In this document: one piece after another, positions 58,701 through 64,000 of the stretch | How the letters are laid out: the number at the start of each line of letters is the position of its first letter | Numbering within the stretch: the first letter of the stretch is position 1 | Assembly (NCBI GenBank): GCA_044226625.1 | Contig: JBGAGQ010000005.1 | Coordinates: forward strand, 64,001 to 128,000 | DNA length: 64,000 nt | DNA from: Thermoanaerobaculia bacterium | GTDB lineage: Bacteria; Acidobacteriota; Thermoanaerobaculia; Multivoradales; UBA5704 | Direction of reading: 5' to 3' | Notes under the pieces: model-generated | Databases searched by the model: none | What the model was told of the DNA's origin: nothing | The model's input: the letters and a program-made list of their open reading frames with translations, nothing else | Translations under genes and position numbers: made by a program

Positions 58701-58730
58701 CCTCGGGGCGGAGATCTCTCCGCCCCGAGG
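58701..58730. terminator. Perfect inverted repeat between convergent genes
   Basis: CCTCGGGGCGGAGA-TC-TCTCCGCCCCGAGG, 10 nt after the halogenase stop. No clear U-tract. Confidence 0.6.
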
Positions 58731-58752
58731 GTGCACCGGCTCGATCGCAGCC

Positions 58753-60846
58753 TCAACCTTTCCGCTTCTTCGTCTCCTTCACTTCGATTTCTGCGGTGAC
58801 CCGGCGCGGCGGCAGCGCGCCGGAGAGACGCATCTCGGTGCCTCCGGGGGGCGCCTCGAAGGAGGGCCGAACCTCGACGGCCGTGCCGGCCCGGTTGAGG
58901 CTTTGCTGACTGGCCTCGTTGCCGCCGACGTTGATCCGGTCGACGATCACGCCGGGAGTATTCTGCATGACCGCCCACGGATCGCGCGGGGTCGGGACCT
59001 TTCCGAGATCGGAGGTGGCGACCTTGTCCGCCGATTCGGCGCGCTTATCTTCGAGCGCGGCACTTCCGTCCGACACGATCGGCTCGAGCGGCGGGGCGAC
59101 CTCCATCTCCTCGTACGCATCGAAGTCGTAATATCCGGCGTCATCCTTCGCGCTGGCTTTCCTCTTCGCCATCCTCTGGATTCGAGGGATAGGACGTAGG
59201 TTCCCCCCGGTCAGCCGAGCCGAGAGTCCCGGAGGCAGATGGAGCGTCCAGGTATGCCGGAGCACCTCGCCGCCCGGACCGGCTTCGAGCTCGGCGAGTG
59301 CGAAGCTCCGGCGGGTAGCGCGTTGCGTTGCGGCCAGCGGTCGATCGGTGAACGAGATCTCGATCGACGTGCGGTCTTGGTCGCGATAGCGCAAAGGGAG
59401 CAGGTGCTTGCCGTTCCGCTCGATCGGCCGGACGACGTCGCCGTCGACGGTCGCTGACTCGAAGCGCAGACCTTCGGGGAAAGAGAGCTCGAGGGCGTCG
59501 CGATGATCCAGGAGGAGAAAACGATCCTGGACCAAGAGCGATCCGTCGGGATTCACGTAGGTCGTCGTCGAACGGTCGGCGATCGGCAGCGGCGACCGGT
59601 CGACCGCCGGAAGGACGGCGATGCGGAGCGCCGGCCGAACGGCCTGGCTTTCCAGGCGCCATCCGCCGATCGGTGGGCGCGCGGCGAGCTCGGCCTCGAT
59701 CGAATCGGGCGGATCGGTGAGGTCGATGGTCGACCACGAGGCCTCGGGTTGCGGGGCGAGCGTCGCCACGACGGAGGATGAAACGACGAGATATCGCGCC
59801 CGAACGGCGATCGACGGCTCGACGAAGTCGAGAGGCAGGTCCGCCGGAGGCGCCCCGGCGCGGCGCGACAGGATCTTGAGGAAGCCCGACCCCACCAGCC
59901 GCTCGCTCCTCTTACCCTGCACCACGGTCCCCTCCGCGGAAGCCGGTCCGACCGCCACCTCGGAGCCGTCGTCCATCCAGGCGCGCTCGACGACGAGACC
60001 GGCCGGCAGACGGGCCTCGATCGTCGAAAGCTCGCCGCGCAGGACCTCGACCAACACGGTGTCGAAACGGGCGATCTCGTCGGCGCGCAGGTCGAGGTGG
60101 GTGACCACGACCGATCGCGCCACGGCGGTCGCCGTGACCTTCGAAGGGGCCGCCGCGGTCCGGATCGAAACGATGCCCAATCCTTCGGACGTCGCGCTGG
60201 GCGCGCTTGGGGGGGCGAGCCGCACGTGGCGGACCTTGCCTGTTACCTCATCCTCGAGCTTGACCGCGCCGGCCATCTCCCATGCCGCTTCGGCGGGCAG
60301 GGTGAGCTCGATTACCGAGATCGGCGCGATGCCCGTTCGAGTAGCGATCTCGAACGCCTCGGCGCCCGGCCTCCGTTCGACGTGGCTCTCGAAGGTCGCC
60401 ACGTAACGCCCGGCCTCCTGGGGCACGAAGGCGAGGGAGGCGCCCGTCGTCCGGTAGAGCTTCGAGACGCCTTTCCCTTCGATGCTGACGCTTTCGATCC
60501 GGCCGGCGACCGGGAGCAACACGGGAGCGCCGCCCGCGCCCCGGGCTTCGATTTCGAAGCGCGTCGCGACGTGGCCGATCCCGCCGTCCACTTCGACTCG
60601 GACGCGCTGGGCGGAGAGCATCGTGACGGCGGCCGGAGCGGAGGGTTTTTCCGAATCGTGCTCCCGGGCCTCACGGACCAGAGCGAGATAGTCGGCGAGC
60701 GGCAGGTTCACCGCGTCGACGTGCGAGGCCTGCGCCGCGCCGGTTCGGGCCAGCGCTAGGAAAAGGAAGACCAGGGAGAGTGTGGTCCAGAACGGCCGTC
60801 TCGAGAGGCGGCGGAGCTGCCGAACGCTGTTGACCGTAGAGCTCAT
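58753..60846 (-). CDS. Large exported hypothetical protein
   Basis: ATG 60846 overlaps the upstream stop, with a GAGGAGG RBS and signal peptide. Beta-rich; C-terminus contains RDPWAVMQNTPGVIVDRINVGGNE. Confidence 0.7.
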   Translation of the reverse strand: MSSTVNSVRQLRRLSRRPFWTTLSLVFLFLALARTGAAQASHVDAVNLPLADYLALVREAREHDSEKPSAPAAVTMLSAQRVRVEVDGGIGHVATRFEIEARGAGGAPVLLPVAGRIESVSIEGKGVSKLYRTTGASLAFVPQEAGRYVATFESHVERRPGAEAFEIATRTGIAPISVIELTLPAEAAWEMAGAVKLEDEVTGKVRHVRLAPPSAPSATSEGLGIVSIRTAAAPSKVTATAVARSVVVTHLDLRADEIARFDTVLVEVLRGELSTIEARLPAGLVVERAWMDDGSEVAVGPASAEGTVVQGKRSERLVGSGFLKILSRRAGAPPADLPLDFVEPSIAVRARYLVVSSSVVATLAPQPEASWSTIDLTDPPDSIEAELAARPPIGGWRLESQAVRPALRIAVLPAVDRSPLPIADRSTTTYVNPDGSLLVQDRFLLLDHRDALELSFPEGLRFESATVDGDVVRPIERNGKHLLPLRYRDQDRTSIEISFTDRPLAATQRATRRSFALAELEAGPGGEVLRHTWTLHLPPGLSARLTGGNLRPIPRIQRMAKRKASAKDDAGYYDFDAYEEMEVAPPLEPIVSDGSAALEDKRAESADKVATSDLGKVPTPRDPWAVMQNTPGVIVDRINVGGNEASQQSLNRAGTAVEVRPSFEAPPGGTEMRLSGALPPRRVTAEIEVKETKKRKG

Positions 60847-62639
60847 CACCGGTCCCTCCTCGATGCCTGGAGCGGTTTGACGTCGATCAGAAGGGGAGGC
60901 GGCTCTTTCGACCACCCGGACCAGCTGGCCTCGAGCACGGAAAAGCCCGAAGGTGGTTCGAGGAAAGCCAGCCAGGAGACCTTCGGGGCACCCGGTTCGT
61001 TCGCCCACGGCGGGGGAGGGACGCGGCCCGCCCGCCCCGGTTCGGCGAAGGAATAGCCAAAGCCCGGGGGCACTACGAGCCGCACCTCGACCCGGCTTGC
61101 GGGGATGCCGAAACGAGGCAAAGGAAGGGTCAAGCGACCTCCCTGGCTCGGGAACGATTGGGCAACCAGCGCCTCCAGATAGGCCACTTGAGCGTCCTCT
61201 CGCACGACCATCGGAAGCGCCCACTCTTCGCTGCCCGAGCTCGCGCCCGGGAGGCGGCCCGGCGTCACGTCGGCGCCGTTGCGTCGCGCGGAGAGCAGTC
61301 GTGCGCCGGGAGGCAAGCCGATCGTGAGGGACGAGTCACCGTTTCGCGCCTCGGCCCAGAGCTGGTAGTGGGCGGTTCCGGCGTCGCCCAGCAGCACGTC
61401 GACCACCAGCCGATCGATCTGCCCGGTGAGCACATCGCCGCCGGTCGCCCAAGTGACCCGCCAGACCGGCGACGGTAGGACGGGATCGGCGCGCAGCGGC
61501 TCACCCGGCGCCTCTCGGAAGGCCCGCGCGAAGCCGCCCAGCTGTTCGACCGCGAGGCGCTCGAGCGGCTGGGACCCGAGCGGTTCGAGCAAGCCGTCGT
61601 TTGCGCGTATGGCGATCTTGCGCGCGGCGCGCACCGTGCGGGCGCCCTCCGGCACCAGGACGGGAGCGTCGATCTCGGCCGCCGAGTCCGCGGCGAGCTG
61701 GACTTGGACGCTCAGGTCGCGCTGGGTCAACCGACGCAGCTGGATCGTGAGGACGCCGTCCTTTACCTCCCAGTCCGCCACGCGATCGCCGCTCGCCGAG
61801 AGGACCTCGTAGCCGGCGGGCATAGGGATGCGCAACCGCTCGAGCGTTTCTGGCCGCCCGCCGCGGACGTGGGCTTCGAGGTAGGCCGTCACCCGACGCC
61901 GAGCTCTCGAAACCGCGAGAGCGCTCGCCGTATCGACGTCGAGCGAAAGCGGCTCTTCCGCGACCGGGGTGACGACGGCCGCCTGCCCGAAAAGCCGGAG
62001 GCTGATTCGCGCTCCGGGATCGCCCACCAGTTGCCAGCGCCCGGTGCCGTCGGGGCGGACCGCGCCTCCCTCGGCGGCTTCCACTCGTTCTACGCCCGAC
62101 GCCGCGACGACCGTGCCGACGACCCAAGCGGCGGCCGGCCATGTCATCTCGAGATGTCGTTCCGTTTCGACCGCGTCCGGGTCGAGCGGCACCGGGAGGA
62201 CCGACTCGACCGTGATGACGTGGCGTCCGCTGCCCCGGAGACGGAGGAAGGCCGGTCCCTGGTTGGCACCCCCTGGCGGTGAATCGAGCGTGGCCTCGCA
62301 TCCGACCGCCGAGACCGAGAGCAGGGGGCCGATCCCGGGCAGGGCCAGGAGCAGCTCGTCCGAGGGTTTCGCCGGATCGAGGACGACCGCGAGCTCGGTC
62401 GAGAGTCGCGCGGACTCCGCGCCGACGGCGATGCGAACCTGGGCCGACTCGACGGCGAGCGGCGCGATCGGAATCGGCGGATCGGGGGGCTTTGGGTGGG
62501 CCTGATCCCACAGTTTCTGGAACTTGTCCAAGGAAATGGAGACCTGCTGGGCTCGCAAGGGGTGCGGGGACGACGCCGTCATCCAAACGGCGAGACCTCC
62601 CGCGAGCCAGGTGACGAGGGCGGGGCGAAATCCGTTCAT
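60846..62639 (-). CDS. Large exported hypothetical protein, probable paralog of the downstream gene
   Basis: GGAGG RBS, signal peptide, and an architecture similar to 58753-60846. Confidence 0.7.
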   Translation of the reverse strand: MNGFRPALVTWLAGGLAVWMTASSPHPLRAQQVSISLDKFQKLWDQAHPKPPDPPIPIAPLAVESAQVRIAVGAESARLSTELAVVLDPAKPSDELLLALPGIGPLLSVSAVGCEATLDSPPGGANQGPAFLRLRGSGRHVITVESVLPVPLDPDAVETERHLEMTWPAAAWVVGTVVAASGVERVEAAEGGAVRPDGTGRWQLVGDPGARISLRLFGQAAVVTPVAEEPLSLDVDTASALAVSRARRRVTAYLEAHVRGGRPETLERLRIPMPAGYEVLSASGDRVADWEVKDGVLTIQLRRLTQRDLSVQVQLAADSAAEIDAPVLVPEGARTVRAARKIAIRANDGLLEPLGSQPLERLAVEQLGGFARAFREAPGEPLRADPVLPSPVWRVTWATGGDVLTGQIDRLVVDVLLGDAGTAHYQLWAEARNGDSSLTIGLPPGARLLSARRNGADVTPGRLPGASSGSEEWALPMVVREDAQVAYLEALVAQSFPSQGGRLTLPLPRFGIPASRVEVRLVVPPGFGYSFAEPGRAGRVPPPPWANEPGAPKVSWLAFLEPPSGFSVLEASWSGWSKEPPPLLIDVKPLQASRRDR

Positions 62640-62890
62640 GGGAGCCTCCGATCCATAAGACACCACAGCGTGACGCAACGAAACCGGCTTGAGCTATCCG
62701 TTCTCTTTGCAAGGAGACGGCCAGAAACGGAAGAAGTCCTAGGAAAGCTCGGCCGCAGGAGACGGATCGTGGGAGGGCGAGTTGGATCTGGGCGCGGCGA
62801 GCGGGCTCTTGCGGAGCCCCGTGCCCGGCGTCCGGTTGGCGAATCGGACGGAAGGCCGATATCCTTTTTTTGAAAGGAGCCCTCCAAGAC

Positions 62891-63262
62891 ATGGCGAAAC
62901 GTGCCGCTGATGATCCCGGCAGGTTGATCCACGAGGTCATCCGAACCCTGACGATCGCGCCGGCCTACACCCGGCCCTCTCTGCGCCGGGCGATCGTCGC
63001 GCGAAGCGGTGCGAGTGCCGGCGTCGCGCCGCCCGGGCCCGATGAGATCCCCGCCGAGCTTCTGGATTTCGTCGACAAGATCGCCGAGCGAGCGACCGAG
63101 GTGACGGACGAGGACTTCGCCACCCTCTCGGCCCGCGGCTATACGGTCGATCAGCTGTTCGACGTCGTCCTGGCCGCCTCGCTCGGCGCGAGCCACGCCC
63201 GCCTGGAGCGTGGCCTCGGTGCCCTCGCACTCGCCCTCGAACAACTCGCCAAGGAGCCTTGA
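62891..63262 (+). CDS. AhpD/CMD-fold-like protein without catalytic cysteines
   Basis: FVDKIAERATEVTDEDFATLSARGYTVDQLFDVV matches the helical C-terminal part of AhpD-like proteins. No Cys in the ORF. AAGGAG RBS. Confidence 0.7.
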   Translation: MAKRAADDPGRLIHEVIRTLTIAPAYTRPSLRRAIVARSGASAGVAPPGPDEIPAELLDFVDKIAERATEVTDEDFATLSARGYTVDQLFDVVLAASLGASHARLERGLGALALALEQLAKEP

Positions 63263-63267
63263 AATCG

Positions 63268-63861
63268 ATGCGTCTTCCTCTGCGTCAGAAACTCTCGTTC
63301 CTGCAGCGTCTGATCCTGCGCGTCGTCGTGGCGAAGATGGGCTTCGAGCCCGGGCCGATCACCATCGGCTCGTACCGCAAGCGGTTCGTCGGCGCAAAGT
63401 TCACCCGGGCGCTCGAAGCCGCGATGATCGCCGCGAAGCACTGGCGTCGCGAGGAGACCGAGCTGTTCGCCGCGTTCGTCTCCAACTTGAATACCTGCAC
63501 CTTCTGACTGGGTTGTCACGCCGCGGTCGCGGCGCACGGAATCGCTCAAGAAACGCTCGCGACGGTCTTGTCCGACTGGCGGACCGCGCCGCTTCCCGAG
63601 CGGACGAAGTTGGTCCTCGGCTTGTTGGAGAAGCTGACGCTCGAACCGGGAGAGGTCGGGGCGGATGACGTGAGACCGCTGCTCGCGGCGGGTATCGAGC
63701 CCGAGGCGATCCGCGAGGCGCTCCACGTCCTTTTTCTCTTCTCCACGCTCAACCGCTGGGCCGACACCCTCGACTTCGAGCGCCCGCTGGCCGGCAACTA
63801 CGCGCCGACCGGCAAGTTCCTGTTCGAGAAGGGGTACATGGGCGGGGTGCTGCCAGGGTAG
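63268..63861 (+). CDS. AhpD-like peroxidase-related selenoprotein (CxxU; in-frame TGA at 63505-63507)
   Basis: ORFs 63259-63507 and 63568-63861 share a frame. Readthrough gives ELFAAFVSNLNTCTF-U-LGCH, the AhpD CxxCxxxH motif, and continues to EKLTLEPGEV.ADDV...FSTLNRWAD. Confidence 0.82.
63508..63540 (+). promoter_or_regulatory. Candidate bacterial SECIS element
   Basis: Stem CGCCGC (63519-63524) / GCGGCG (63529-63534) with apical loop GGTC starting 18 nt after the UGA. Confidence 0.65.
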
Positions 63862-63881
63862 GGCGAAACGCGCCTCCGGAA

Positions 63882-63998
63882 TTACAGCCGCGGATCGACC
63901 GGCTCGCTTTCGAGCGCGAGGACGCCGAAGGCGCACTCGTGAACGCGGTAGAGCGGCTCGCGGCGCACGAATCGTTCGAGCCCTTCGAGGCCGAGGGC
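63882..63998 (-). CDS. 3' end of a gene entering from the right edge (partial)
   Basis: Open frame ALGLEGLERFVRREPLYRVHECAFGVLALESEPVDPRL-stop with host-like codon usage. Confidence 0.4.
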   Translation of the reverse strand, partial: ALGLEGLERFVRREPLYRVHECAFGVLALESEPVDPRL

Positions 63999-64000
63999 GA

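Noticed and set aside
63259-63861. Two separate small genes or a nonsense pseudogene, as in the ORF track
   Set aside because: The single TGA lies exactly at the redox Cys position and is followed by a SECIS-like hairpin, so Sec readthrough explains it better.

Overview
High-GC (about 70% by eye) bacterial chromosomal window. Its gene content and style suggest Acidobacteriota, possibly Thermoanaerobaculia (inference). Most of it is housekeeping and cell-envelope DNA: an M20 amidohydrolase, an acyl-CoA dehydrogenase/APH pair, a ba3-type (B-family) heme-copper oxidase operon plus an azurin-like protein, an arginine deiminase operon, purB, rlpA, HU, rsmB-fmt, an HDAC-family enzyme, MoxR-DUF58-transglutaminase, several glycosyltransferases, a propeller-GGDEF cyclase and an arn (L-Ara4N-type) locus. 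The main signals are: (1) an AhpD-like gene split by an in-frame TGA exactly at the second redox Cys (CTF-TGA-LGCH) with a SECIS-like hairpin, i.e. a probable selenoprotein, coupled to a Cys-free AhpD-fold partner; (2) a low-GC five-gene island (TlpA-like, CxxC protein, OmpA-like, 4-TM, Cys-rich exported protein); (3) a higher-order 5 x (3 x 21 bp) palindromic tandem array; (4) a gene frameshifted by an exact 52-bp tandem duplication; (5) two orphan flavin-dependent halogenases, one divergent from a CX11CX2C radical SAM gene; (6) a 47-aa oxidase subunit IIa missed by the ORF track. No tRNA, rRNA, CRISPR array or transposase was recognised. All family calls come from motif recognition, not database searches.
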